Positions 9,967 through 19,740 of a stretch of 50,761 bases of DNA are shown here, in pieces. How positions within the stretch are numbered: the first letter of the stretch is position 1; the number at the start of each line of letters is the position of its first letter. Position numbers and translations under genes: made by a program. The DNA comes from Escherichia phage MatMar. The DNA lies in sequence record OR896829.1; one strand, given 5' to 3'. The notes beneath the pieces were generated by a model. It was given only the letters and a program-made list of their open reading frames with translations, searched no databases and was not told the DNA's origin.

Positions 9967-10281
9967 ATGGCAAAGATGAAATTAACACTTGGCCCACTGC
10001 CGGACTTCAAGCTACCAGTAAACTTCGTTATGCCTGACGGGAGCGAACAGAAAATCATTTTCACCGTGAAGCACAAGAAAGCGACGGAAGTCCAGGAGCT
10101 TTACCGGAAAGAGGGGATCAAAGATTCCGACTTTATCATGAACATTGCGACGGGTTGGGATCTTGAAGAAGAATTTAACCACGAAAACGCAAAACTGTTA
10201 GTCGATTATTACCCTGGGTCAGCGTTGGCGCTCGTTCAATCCTACTTAGGCGCTCTGGCTGGTCAGCGCGTAAAGGGTTAA
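9967..10281 (+). CDS. tail assembly chaperone (gpG-like)
   Basis: 104 aa directly upstream of tape measure gene; slippery heptamer near its 3' end. Confidence 0.6.
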   Translation: MAKMKLTLGPLPDFKLPVNFVMPDGSEQKIIFTVKHKKATEVQELYRKEGIKDSDFIMNIATGWDLEEEFNHENAKLLVDYYPGSALALVQSYLGALAGQRVKG

Positions 10282-10592
10282 GGCGCGCGGTTTACCTGTT
10301 TTATCAGAAGCCACCGACAGACGCAGAGCTTGAAGCGGTCGGATTAACACGCGCCGACTACGAAGGCGAGGAGCCGCCGGAGGTTATTTTCGATGAAAGC
10401 ATGATGCAGTCATGGGATGTTTTTTGTGCAATGCAAACGCAGTGGAGAAGCGCCGGATCTGGTGCTTACGGATTTGACTATAATGTTTTGCCGATGTTGT
10501 TCAGAATCTATAAAATAGAAGATGAAGAAATGGCCTTAAACGATTTGCGAATCATGGAACAAAAAGCATTAGAAATGATGCACCAAAAATAG
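9967..10592 (+). CDS. tail assembly chaperone -1 frameshift fusion product (gpGT-like), predicted
   Basis: slippery heptamer A AAG GGT at 10272-10278 just before the TAA stop; -1 frame is open from 10179 to TAG at 10590-10592. Confidence 0.45.
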
Positions 10593-10599
10593 CAATCAA

Positions 10600-10622
10600 A
10601 GCGCCTACGGGCGCTTTTTTAA
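10600..10622 (+). terminator. terminator-like hairpin
   Basis: aaagcgcctacgggcgcttt followed by T-run. Confidence 0.5.
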
Positions 10623-10634
10623 TATCTGGAGTAA

Positions 10635-13565
10635 ATGAACATGGCTGATAAATACGCAGGCTTAACACTTGGCGTTGACGTGTCGCAGGTCACAAATGCT
10701 GTTAAATCATTGCAGCAGTTCAAGAAGGCCAACGACGACGCAAAGATCAGCGTCGAGGGATTCGTTGATACTGAGGCAATCGCACGACAGCAGGCTAAAC
10801 AGCTTGCCGAGGAATTGCGCAGGCAGCGAGCGGAGTTCAGAAAAATTCAGGACTCCATTGATCCGACAGCGGCAAAAATGGATAAGTTGCGACAAGCGGC
10901 ATCACAGCTTGATTCCCTTTGGAAAAAAGGCGTAGTGCCGGATGATACTTTCTTTGAGCTTGGCGCTATCTTGGAAACGCAGCAGAATAAGCTGATCGCC
11001 ACAAAGAAAGCATTAACCGAAGAAGGCCGAGCAGCGGCAGAGGAAGCGAAACAGAAAGCCCGTGCAGAGGCTGAGGCGCGTAAATTCATCTCTGCATTGC
11101 AACAGCAAGCTGAGGCAGCAGGGAAAACAAGAGAGGAATTACTGGAGATTCGCGCCGCGCAACTAGGGGTAAGTGCTGAAGCAGCGCCATTTATCTCGCA
11201 GATGAAAGCGCAGGATAAGCAAGCCCAAAAATTAGGTATCTCAATGGGGCAATATCGGCATGCTATGCAAATGCTTCCAGCGCAAATCACTGACGTGGTT
11301 ACTTCGCTTGCTTCCGGTATGCCTATATGGCTGGTTGCTATCCAGCAAGGGGGGCAGATTAAGGACTCTTTCGGCGGAATCTCTAACACGTTCAAAGTGT
11401 TGTTGTCGTACCTTAATCCGGTAAATGTTGGCGTTGGTGCGCTTGTTGTTTCCCTGGGTGCTTTGGTGAAAGCTGGTTATGATTCATACTCTTCGCAACG
11501 AAACTTGCATGAGGCGTTAGTCCTGACTGGAGGTTATGCAGGAACTAACGCGGCGCAATTCGAAAAGATGGCGCAGGACATCAACAGTAGCACGAATGCA
11601 ACGATTGGAAGTATCCGCAATATTGCAACCGAGCTTGCAAGATCCGGTAAGTTTACGATTACCCAAATCAGGGCAATCACCAAAACGACGGCGCAATGGT
11701 CAGCGGTAACGGGCGAATCAAGCGGAAAGATTACGGAATACTTTAACAAGATTGCTGATGATCCGGTCAAAGGTCTGGCTAAGCTAAACGAAGAATTTAA
11801 TTTCCTGAAACAAGGCCAGCTAACCTATATCGCCGACCTTGAAAAAACCAGCGGCAAAACTGCGGCAGTAACACGGGCGACCGAGCTATTCGCCGATGTA
11901 ATGGAGCAACGCCTTGCCAACCTTGCCGATTCGGCAACGCCGTTAGAAAAGATGTGGGACGACGTGCGCAAGTGGGCTTCTGACGCCTGGGGATGGGTAG
12001 GCGATCACACAATTGGTGCGCTTAACCTGATCACTGACGTTGTGGCGGCAACGGTTGAGCAGGTTCGCTACTTGCTTAATCAGGGTGATATTCTGATCGG
12101 TGAGTTTGTTATTTCTGCCACTAAAGCGATGCAGAACATCCCAGGACTTAGCGGTGTTGGCGATGAATTTATCAAGCAGCAGCAGGAAATCATCGACAAG
12201 AGCAAGAAGGAAAACGAAGAACTGGCGAAGTCCATCGAAGAACGCGACGCGCGAGTCAGAAAGGGCGAGATGGGTTACATTGAAATGATGCGTGAACGCG
12301 CGGCGACAGAGCAGCAGTATTCAGAGAAGACGCGCGAAGCAATCAGGAAAGAGGCCGAAGAACTGGCGAAGCGTGACAAAGCACGTTCTCAAAAGGTCAA
12401 AGTGTCGGCTGGAGACAGGATTGAGGATCAGTATCAGCGAGACATTGTTGCACTGGAGACTCAATTGCGAGTATTGAAGGAGCACGAAACTGTCATTGCA
12501 TCAATCAGCCAGCAGCGCCGGGCGTTATGGACTGAGCAAGCAAAAATCCAGGTCTTGCAGGAAGCATCACAGAAACGCCAGCTTACTGACGAAGAAAAAA
12601 GCATTATTGCCAACAAGGATAAGATCCTTTCGCTGGCAGAGCAGCGGGCTATACTTGGCGACCAGATCCAGTTGCAGGATACATCAATTAAATTCTTGCA
12701 TCGTCAAAAGGAAACGCTTCAATCGCTTGAGCTACAGCAAAAAGGCATGAGCGACCGAGAGACGCAAAGGGAGCTTGAACGGCAACGCATCGTCACTGAC
12801 TGGCTGGCAAAAGGCGGTCAGCTTACTGATGCAAGACTCGCCGAGATGATTGATAAGATCAACGAAGTCTACGCAATGCAAGATGAGTTGAGCATGAACT
12901 CAATCGCAGGGATTGAACGCTCTACGAAAAACTGGATTGATTCGGCTATGGATTTGGGCGGTCAATTTGGTAACGTAATGACCAACGCATTAAACGGAAT
13001 CAGCGATCAGTTTGTGGAGCTATTGAGCACAGGAAAAAGCAGTTTTAAAGACTTCGCATCTTCAATCATCAAAATGATTATGAACATCATTACGCAGTTG
13101 AGTATTGCCTACGCAATTCAGGCAGCGATGGGATGGGTTAGCGGAAGTCCTAAAACTGGCGGCGGATCTGGTCAGTCATTCCCCGTTCCGTCATTCCGTC
13201 CTCGCGGCTTCTCTGATGGCGGTTACACTGGCGACGGCGGGAAATATGAAGCGGCTGGAGTGGTTCACAAGGGTGAATTTGTCATGACGAAGGAGGCAAC
13301 GAAGCGGATCGGAGTCGGCAACCTTTACAAGTTGATGCGCGGTTATGCTAACGGCGGCGTGGTTGGTGGTTCCAGCTATAGCGGCGGTGGCATCAATGCT
13401 GGCGCGGCGCAATTCAATATCGGCGGTATTAGCGTTGATATTAACAACGGTAGCGATCCGAAAGGTATAGAAACTGGCGTTAAGATGATTTTCACCGATA
13501 TGATTAAACGTTCCTGTACGCAGGGCGGCGAAGTTTACGAATTTGTTATGAGCAAGCGAGGCTAA
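10635..13565 (+). CDS. tail tape measure protein
   Basis: 976 aa, Ala/Gln/Glu-rich coiled-coil-like middle, Gly-rich C-terminus; after G/GT chaperone; alternative ATG at 10641 has better RBS spacing. Confidence 0.85.
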   Translation: MNMADKYAGLTLGVDVSQVTNAVKSLQQFKKANDDAKISVEGFVDTEAIARQQAKQLAEELRRQRAEFRKIQDSIDPTAAKMDKLRQAASQLDSLWKKGVVPDDTFFELGAILETQQNKLIATKKALTEEGRAAAEEAKQKARAEAEARKFISALQQQAEAAGKTREELLEIRAAQLGVSAEAAPFISQMKAQDKQAQKLGISMGQYRHAMQMLPAQITDVVTSLASGMPIWLVAIQQGGQIKDSFGGISNTFKVLLSYLNPVNVGVGALVVSLGALVKAGYDSYSSQRNLHEALVLTGGYAGTNAAQFEKMAQDINSSTNATIGSIRNIATELARSGKFTITQIRAITKTTAQWSAVTGESSGKITEYFNKIADDPVKGLAKLNEEFNFLKQGQLTYIADLEKTSGKTAAVTRATELFADVMEQRLANLADSATPLEKMWDDVRKWASDAWGWVGDHTIGALNLITDVVAATVEQVRYLLNQGDILIGEFVISATKAMQNIPGLSGVGDEFIKQQQEIIDKSKKENEELAKSIEERDARVRKGEMGYIEMMRERAATEQQYSEKTREAIRKEAEELAKRDKARSQKVKVSAGDRIEDQYQRDIVALETQLRVLKEHETVIASISQQRRALWTEQAKIQVLQEASQKRQLTDEEKSIIANKDKILSLAEQRAILGDQIQLQDTSIKFLHRQKETLQSLELQQKGMSDRETQRELERQRIVTDWLAKGGQLTDARLAEMIDKINEVYAMQDELSMNSIAGIERSTKNWIDSAMDLGGQFGNVMTNALNGISDQFVELLSTGKSSFKDFASSIIKMIMNIITQLSIAYAIQAAMGWVSGSPKTGGGSGQSFPVPSFRPRGFSDGGYTGDGGKYEAAGVVHKGEFVMTKEATKRIGVGNLYKLMRGYANGGVVGGSSYSGGGINAGAAQFNIGGISVDINNGSDPKGIETGVKMIFTDMIKRSCTQGGEVYEFVMSKRG

Positions 13566-13567
13566 TC

Positions 13568-13918
13568 ATGAAGCTGGAAAGATTCAAATGGTGCACGCAA
13601 ACGCAAGGAGGCGGCGGAGCAATGACCACATCCAACAACGACAGGGAGGTCGTTTTTGGTAACGGATACACGCAAGTAGCATCCGGCGGATTTAACACGG
13701 TGCGGCGAGAGTTTACCATCGTGTACGCCGGACGTGATTACAGGGAGGTGCTGAACTTTCTGCATAATCACAGATTAAAACCGTTTGTTTGGGAAATGCC
13801 GGACGGTCAATTGGGGTTATTCAGGGTGCAGGGAGGCAGCGTTGGAGCAACTCCGATTTCTGCAACCGTTCAGGAAGTCAAAGCTACTTTCACGGAGCAA
13901 TTTACATCAATGGGATAA
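13568..13918 (+). CDS. minor tail protein (lambda gpM-like)
   Basis: 116 aa directly after tape measure; synteny M-L-K-I-J. Confidence 0.55.
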   Translation: MKLERFKWCTQTQGGGGAMTTSNNDREVVFGNGYTQVASGGFNTVRREFTIVYAGRDYREVLNFLHNHRLKPFVWEMPDGQLGLFRVQGGSVGATPISATVQEVKATFTEQFTSMG

Positions 13919-13923
13919 AACAC

Positions 13924-13950
13924 AGGCCGCTTTTGTGCGGCCTTTTTATT
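13924..13950 (+). terminator. terminator-like hairpin
   Basis: aggccgc ttttgt gcggcct followed by ttttatt. Confidence 0.45.
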
Positions 13951-13983
13951 GGTGTTACAATGCAGCAAACAGGAGGACTTATT

Positions 13984-14742
13984 ATGGCTGAAACAACCGG
14001 AAGACAAGATCTACATAACTGCTTACAAAGCCTGTATCCAGGAGAAATCATCACGCTTATTGAGATTGACGGAACGAAGTTTGGCGCTCGCGTTTACCGC
14101 TTACACGGCGAGAATATCCGCTACACGCCGGAAGAATTATTACAGGCGCAGCAAACAGGAATATTGCCACCGAAAGAAATTACTTTTCGTGGTGAGCAAT
14201 ACGGGGCGCGACCGTTTGGAATCACCGGAATTAACTTTACCAGTAACGGAAAGGCAGACAAGCCGCAATTAATCTTGTCCAACCTTGATAGCCAGGTTAG
14301 CGCAATGATCCGAAATTACAACGGCATGATGCAGGCGAAAGTTACCATATACGTTATTCCGGCTGAATTGCTGGGCGAGGATGGGAACATCAAAGATGGT
14401 GCTTTCCGGCGAATGGTTTATTACATTGAGCGTCCTAGTCAGTTTAACCGAACTCTGGCAAAGTTTGACCTTACATCTCCATACGATATGGACGGAATCA
14501 TGATCCCGCCGCGAGTGACACAAAGCGTCTGCTATTGGGCGCAGCGTAACTGGTATCGCAGCGGTAAAGGTTGCAGCTATAACGGATCGCGAATGTTCGA
14601 CAAAGACAACAATCCGGTAACTGATCCATCGCAAGACTTTTGCGCAGGAACGGTGAACGCGTGCAAACTTCGATTTGGCGCGGAAAACGAGCTTGATTTT
14701 GGCGGCGCACCAGTGGCAAGCCTGTTAAGGAGAAATCAATAA
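13984..14742 (+). CDS. minor tail protein (lambda gpL-like)
   Basis: 252 aa from ATG 13984 after AGGAGG RBS; ORF track extension from 13789 overlaps gpM-like gene and is rejected. Confidence 0.65.
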   Translation: MAETTGRQDLHNCLQSLYPGEIITLIEIDGTKFGARVYRLHGENIRYTPEELLQAQQTGILPPKEITFRGEQYGARPFGITGINFTSNGKADKPQLILSNLDSQVSAMIRNYNGMMQAKVTIYVIPAELLGEDGNIKDGAFRRMVYYIERPSQFNRTLAKFDLTSPYDMDGIMIPPRVTQSVCYWAQRNWYRSGKGCSYNGSRMFDKDNNPVTDPSQDFCAGTVNACKLRFGAENELDFGGAPVASLLRRNQ

Positions 14743-15473
14743 TGATTAGTGCAAAGATTAAACTTGAAATAATGCAGCACGTTAAAGACGAATACCCGCG
14801 CGAGGCGTGCGGGGTTATCACTCAAAAATCGCGGGTACAGAAATATCACCGCATAACAAATGTGCATGATGATCCAGAAAATCACTTTGAAATGGATACG
14901 ATGGAATACGTCGAAGCGTGCGACAGTGGCGAGCTTATTGCTATTGTGCATTCACACACTGGAGATGGGGCAAGTACAATCCCCAGTGCGCACGACACAT
15001 GTATGTGTGACGAAACAGGCGTATCATGGGTTATCGTTTCCTGGCCGGAAGGCGATATGCGAATAATAGAGCCGGAAACACGCCCACTGACTGGTCGCCC
15101 CTGGTCGCTTGGTTCTTATGATTGCTGGGGGCTTGTTATGGCCTGGCACAAAGAGAATGGCGTAGAACTGAACGACTTCCGAAAACCTTACGAATGGTGG
15201 AAGCCTGAATACGGCGAGAATCTCTATGAGGAAAACTATCTGAAAGAGGGGTTCATACCAACCAATCAGGATCCGAAGGCAGGCGATATGGTGATTTTTC
15301 AGCTATCATCGCCAGTCTGGAATCACGCCGGAATCTACTTAGGCAACAACCAGCTATTGCATCACGCTTTTGGTAAGCTATCAAAAATTGATCTGTATTC
15401 CGGCTGGTATCAGGAACATGCGGTAATGGTATGTAGGCATAAGGATCTAAAATATGACATTGAAAACAATTAA
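14742..15473 (+). CDS. tail assembly protein (lambda gpK-like, MPN/JAB plus NlpC/P60-like)
   Basis: 243 aa; HSHTGDG metal-binding-like motif then Cys/His peptidase-like C-terminal half; ATGA overlap with upstream gene. Confidence 0.7.
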   Translation: MISAKIKLEIMQHVKDEYPREACGVITQKSRVQKYHRITNVHDDPENHFEMDTMEYVEACDSGELIAIVHSHTGDGASTIPSAHDTCMCDETGVSWVIVSWPEGDMRIIEPETRPLTGRPWSLGSYDCWGLVMAWHKENGVELNDFRKPYEWWKPEYGENLYEENYLKEGFIPTNQDPKAGDMVIFQLSSPVWNHAGIYLGNNQLLHHAFGKLSKIDLYSGWYQEHAVMVCRHKDLKYDIENN

Positions 15474-16053
15474 ATTATCGGGGTCGTTAGGCCGTCGTTT
15501 TGGTGTATTTCACAAATTAGCCGTTGACTCATACCCCGAAGCAATCCGCGCCCTTTCTTCACAGATTGAAGGATTCAAGGATTACATGCAAAGCGAGGTG
15601 GGATCGCGTATGCGTTACGCTGTTATTGTTGACGGCAAAGAGATTAGCCAGCATGACGATCGCACCTGGCAATGCGCGAAAGAGATCAGGATAATCCCAA
15701 TTCCCACGGGGTCTAAGTCAGGCGGCCTGTTCCAATCCATCTTGGGTGTTACCATCATGGCAGTGGCAGTGGTTGCAACTGGCGGCGTAGCAGCAATGAT
15801 GGCTAGTTCGTTTGCATCGTCTGCTTTCCTTATGGGTGGCGCTATGGCATTGGGGGGAGTAACGCAAATGCTATCACCGCAACCAGGAGGGGCAAAAATG
15901 CAGGCAACAGCCACAGAGAACAAACCGTCATATGCCTTTGGTGGGGCTGTAAACACTTCTGCGGCTGGCTATCCACTTCCAATACCTTACGGATTGCGCA
16001 CCGTTGGTGGTGCGATCTGGTCGGCTGGAAGCTACGCGGAAGATAAAGCATAA
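15454..16053 (+). CDS. tail assembly protein (lambda gpI-like)
   Basis: 199 aa; Gly/Ala-rich hydrophobic C-terminal half; position between K-like and J-like genes. Confidence 0.6.
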   Translation: MTLKTIKLSGSLGRRFGVFHKLAVDSYPEAIRALSSQIEGFKDYMQSEVGSRMRYAVIVDGKEISQHDDRTWQCAKEIRIIPIPTGSKSGGLFQSILGVTIMAVAVVATGGVAAMMASSFASSAFLMGGAMALGGVTQMLSPQPGGAKMQATATENKPSYAFGGAVNTSAAGYPLPIPYGLRTVGGAIWSAGSYAEDKA

Positions 16054-16059
16054 ACAAAA

Positions 16060-16089
16060 AGAGTCGCGCGTTGCGCGGCTTTTTTTTCG
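16060..16089 (+). terminator. terminator-like GC hairpin plus T-run
   Basis: agtcgcgcgttgcgcggc followed by tttttttt. Confidence 0.45.
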
Positions 16090-16109
16090 TCCGTATAATG
16101 TAAACACGC

Positions 16110-16133
16110 AAATAGCACAAAAGGTAAAAAAAC
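16110..16133 (+). repeat. degenerate copy of the AAATAGCAC element directly upstream of the J-like gene
   Basis: aaatagcacaaaaggtaaaaaaac abutting ATG 16134; preceded by TATAAT at 16094-16099. Confidence 0.4.
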
Positions 16134-19100
16134 ATGGCTAAAAATATTATAACTGGCAGTAAGGGTGGGTCGAAAAAACCTTACGTGCCTAAAGAGCTTG
16201 AAGATAACCTGATTTCAATAAACAAAATTAAAATCCTGCTTGCCGTATCCGATGGTGAGTGTGACGCGGATTTCTCATTACGTGATCTGTATCTTGATGA
16301 TGTTCCGGTTATCGCTGACGACGGAACTGTAAACTACCCAGGCGTTAAAGCAGAGTTTAGGCCAGGAACGCAGGATCAGGAATACATTCAGGGTTTTACT
16401 GACACGTCAAACGAGGTAATCATCAATCGAGATTTGACTACAAATACGCCATATGTTTTGTCGGTAACGAATAAGACGCTTTCCGCAATACGCATCAAAA
16501 TGCTAATGCCAGTGGGTATTAAGCAGGAGGATAACGGCGACCTAGTGGGCGTTACCGTTACATATGCAGTTGATATGGCGGTTGATGGTGATTCATACAA
16601 AGAAGTAATGATCGACACCATTAACGGCAAGACGCGCACCGGATACGACCGTAGCCGACGCATTGACTTGCCGAAATTCAATGAGCGTGTTTTGCTTCGC
16701 GTTCGCCGCGTTACGCCTGACAGCACAACGTCGAAGGTTACAGACCTGATCCGCATACAGAGTTACGCCGAGGTAATTGATGCAAAATTCCGTTACCCTC
16801 TGACTGGGCTTGTTTACGTCGAGTTTGACAGCGAACTGTTCCCTAACCAGATCCCTAACATTTCAATTAAAAAGAAATGGAAGTTGATTCAGGTTCCCAG
16901 CAATTACGATCCTGTATCTCGTCGGTATTCTGGAACATGGGACGGAACATTTAAAAAAGCGTGGTCAAATAATCCGGCATGGGTTCTTTACGATTTGGTT
17001 ACTAATCAGCGTTATGGACTTGATCAACGAGAATTGGGAATACAGATCGACAAGTGGAGTCTATACGAGGCTGGGGTGTATTGTGATCAGATGGTTCCAG
17101 ATGGCAAGGGAGGAACAGAGCCGCGCTACCTATGCGATATGGTGATTCAAAGCCAGATTGAGGCTTATCAGCTTATTCGTGACATTTGCTCAATCTTCCG
17201 AGGAATGACTTTTTGGAATGGCGAGAGCTTGTCTGTAGTGGTGGATAAACCGCGCGAGCCATCATACATCTTTACAAACGACAACGTAATTAATGGAGAT
17301 TTTCAGTACACGAGCGCCAGCGAAAAGAGCATGTACACTCAATGCAACGTTACGTTTGACGATGAGCAAAACATGTATCAACAGGACGTTGAGGGCGTAT
17401 TTGACACTGAGGCGGCGTTACGTTTTGGCTACAATCCAACAAGTATCACGGCGATTGGTTGTACCCGTCGAAGCGAAGCGAATCGACGCGGACGCTGGAT
17501 ACTGAAAACCAACCTGCGCAGCCAAACGGTAAACTTTGCCACCGGGCTGGAAGGGATGATCCCATCTATCGGTGACGTTATCGCGATTTCTGATAACTTC
17601 CTGAGCAGCAACTTAACGCTCAACCTATCAGGGCGCGTAATGGAAGTTTCCGGCTTGCAGGTATTCGTTCCGTTTAAGATTGACGCTAGACCAGGTGATT
17701 TCATTATCATCAACAGACCGGACGGAAAACCAGTTAAGCGCACAATCTCAAAAGTCAGCGCGGACGGAAAAACCATTGAGTTAAACGTAGGGTTCGGATT
17801 CGACGTAAAACCGGACACCGTATTTGCAATCGACCGAACAGACCTTGCGTTGCAACAGTACGTTGTAACAGGAATCAGCAAGGGTGACACTGAGGAAGAA
17901 TTTACCTACTCGATTACGGCGGTTGAATACGATCCTAACAAATACGACGAAATTGATTATGGCGTAAACATTGATGATCGTCCGATCTCAATCGTGCAGC
18001 CGGACATCATGCAAGCACCGGAAAATGTTCAGGTGTCGTCATACTCCCGTGTTGTCCAGGGTGTTAGCGTTGAGACGATGGTTGTGTCGTGGGATAAAGT
18101 GCCTTATGCGTCACTGTATGAAATGCAATGGCGAAAAGGTGATGGCAACTGGCTAAATACGCCGCGCACAGCGAACAAAGAGACGGAAGTAGAAGGAATT
18201 TATTCAGGGAACTATCAAGTAAGGGTCAGATCTGTTTCAGCTTCCGGCAGTACATCAGCATGGTCGAAGATTGCAACAGCTTCCCTGACTGGTAAAGTTG
18301 GCGAGCCAGGCGCGCCAGTTAACTTAACCGCATCAGATAATGAAGTTTTCGGCATTCGTATTAAATGGGGCATGCCAGAAGGAAGCGGAGACACGGCCTA
18401 CATTGAGCTTCACCAATCGCCAGACGGAACGGTTGAAAACTCAAGCCTGTTAACGCTGATCCCATACCCGCAATATGAATACTGGCACAGTACACTACCA
18501 GCGGGTCAGGTTGTCTGGTATAGAATCCGCAGCGTTGACAGAATCGGCAACGTTTCTAGCTGGACTGATTTTGTTCGTGGCATGGCATCAGATGATGTTG
18601 AATCTGTTTTAGGAGATATTCTTGATAAGATTTTTGATAGCGAAGCAGGGCAAGAAATCAAGGAGAACGCCATCGAAAGCGCGAACAAGATCAAAGACCA
18701 GGCGCAGGCAATAATCCAGAACGCTTTGGCGATTGACGCTAACTTGAAATGGACGCGAGTACAGAACGGAAAGCGAAAGGCTGAATATGGTCATGCTGTT
18801 CAGTTGATCGCAAATGAGACTGAGGCGCGAGTAACTCAAATCGAAGAATTGAGGGCTTCAATTGATGGCGAGATAACATCAAGCATCAAGACAGTTCAGG
18901 AGGCAATCGCCACTGAATCAGAGACACGAGCAACTCAAATTCAGCAGCTTGATTCTAAATTCACGAAAGAAATCGACGGCGTGCGCAAGGATACTTCTGC
19001 AAGCATTAGCGATGTAAGGCAGACAATCACTAACGAGTCAGAAGCGCGAGCGCAAGCGGTACAACAGCTTGATGCAAAATTCACCAAAGAGATTAATGAT

Positions 19101-19712
19101 CTCAATGATGCAATCAAGGTTGACGTTGAGGCCAGCATTTCCGAAGTGAGACAAGCTATCGCCAACGAGGAGGAAGCACGAGTACAAGCTGATCAGGCAT
19201 TAACAGCACGATTTGGAGACGTTGAATCTGCATTGGTTGAAAAGTTGGATTCTTGGGCGAGCGTTGATTCAGTTGGCGCTAAGTACGCTATGAAATTGGG
19301 TCTTACTTACAATGGGCAGAAGTACAGCGCAGGAATGGTGATGCAGCTTTCGCAGGGTTCATCCGGCCTTATCTCGCAAATTTTGTTTGATGCTAACAGG
19401 TTCGCCATTATGACTAGCTCTACTGGAGGGGCTTTCACTTTGCCTTTCGTGGTTGAGAATAATCAGGTTTTCATTAATAGTCTTTTGGTGAAGAACGGAT
19501 CAATCACCAATGCTATGATCGGTAATGTTATTCAGTCAAACAACTTTGTTCAAAACCAGCAAGGATGGAGGCTTGATAAAAACGGAATATTTGAAAACTA
19601 CGGATCAACTCCAGGAGAAGGAGCCACTAAATTCACCAACGAAGGATTGAAGGTAAAAGATGCAAACGGAGTATTGAGGGTTGAAGTCGGAAGGATTACC
19701 GGAAGCTGGTAA
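16134..19712 (+). CDS. central tail fibre / host specificity protein (lambda gpJ-like)
   Basis: 1192 aa; last and largest gene of the M-L-K-I-J block; C-terminal region has repeated about 30-aa segments. Confidence 0.8.
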   Translation: MAKNIITGSKGGSKKPYVPKELEDNLISINKIKILLAVSDGECDADFSLRDLYLDDVPVIADDGTVNYPGVKAEFRPGTQDQEYIQGFTDTSNEVIINRDLTTNTPYVLSVTNKTLSAIRIKMLMPVGIKQEDNGDLVGVTVTYAVDMAVDGDSYKEVMIDTINGKTRTGYDRSRRIDLPKFNERVLLRVRRVTPDSTTSKVTDLIRIQSYAEVIDAKFRYPLTGLVYVEFDSELFPNQIPNISIKKKWKLIQVPSNYDPVSRRYSGTWDGTFKKAWSNNPAWVLYDLVTNQRYGLDQRELGIQIDKWSLYEAGVYCDQMVPDGKGGTEPRYLCDMVIQSQIEAYQLIRDICSIFRGMTFWNGESLSVVVDKPREPSYIFTNDNVINGDFQYTSASEKSMYTQCNVTFDDEQNMYQQDVEGVFDTEAALRFGYNPTSITAIGCTRRSEANRRGRWILKTNLRSQTVNFATGLEGMIPSIGDVIAISDNFLSSNLTLNLSGRVMEVSGLQVFVPFKIDARPGDFIIINRPDGKPVKRTISKVSADGKTIELNVGFGFDVKPDTVFAIDRTDLALQQYVVTGISKGDTEEEFTYSITAVEYDPNKYDEIDYGVNIDDRPISIVQPDIMQAPENVQVSSYSRVVQGVSVETMVVSWDKVPYASLYEMQWRKGDGNWLNTPRTANKETEVEGIYSGNYQVRVRSVSASGSTSAWSKIATASLTGKVGEPGAPVNLTASDNEVFGIRIKWGMPEGSGDTAYIELHQSPDGTVENSSLLTLIPYPQYEYWHSTLPAGQVVWYRIRSVDRIGNVSSWTDFVRGMASDDVESVLGDILDKIFDSEAGQEIKENAIESANKIKDQAQAIIQNALAIDANLKWTRVQNGKRKAEYGHAVQLIANETEARVTQIEELRASIDGEITSSIKTVQEAIATESETRATQIQQLDSKFTKEIDGVRKDTSASISDVRQTITNESEARAQAVQQLDAKFTKEINDLNDAIKVDVEASISEVRQAIANEEEARVQADQALTARFGDVESALVEKLDSWASVDSVGAKYAMKLGLTYNGQKYSAGMVMQLSQGSSGLISQILFDANRFAIMTSSTGGAFTLPFVVENNQVFINSLLVKNGSITNAMIGNVIQSNNFVQNQQGWRLDKNGIFENYGSTPGEGATKFTNEGLKVKDANGVLRVEVGRITGSW

Positions 19713-19740
19713 AAAAGGGGGCATAGCCCCCTTTAATTTT
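19711..19740. terminator. bidirectional terminator-like hairpin between convergent genes
   Basis: aaaaaagggggcatagccccctttaatttt. Confidence 0.6.

Noticed and set aside
13789-13983. N-terminal extension of the gpL-like ORF starting at 13789
   Set aside because: It overlaps the gpM-like gene in another frame; a strong AGGAGG RBS precedes ATG 13984, which gives a protein of the expected size.
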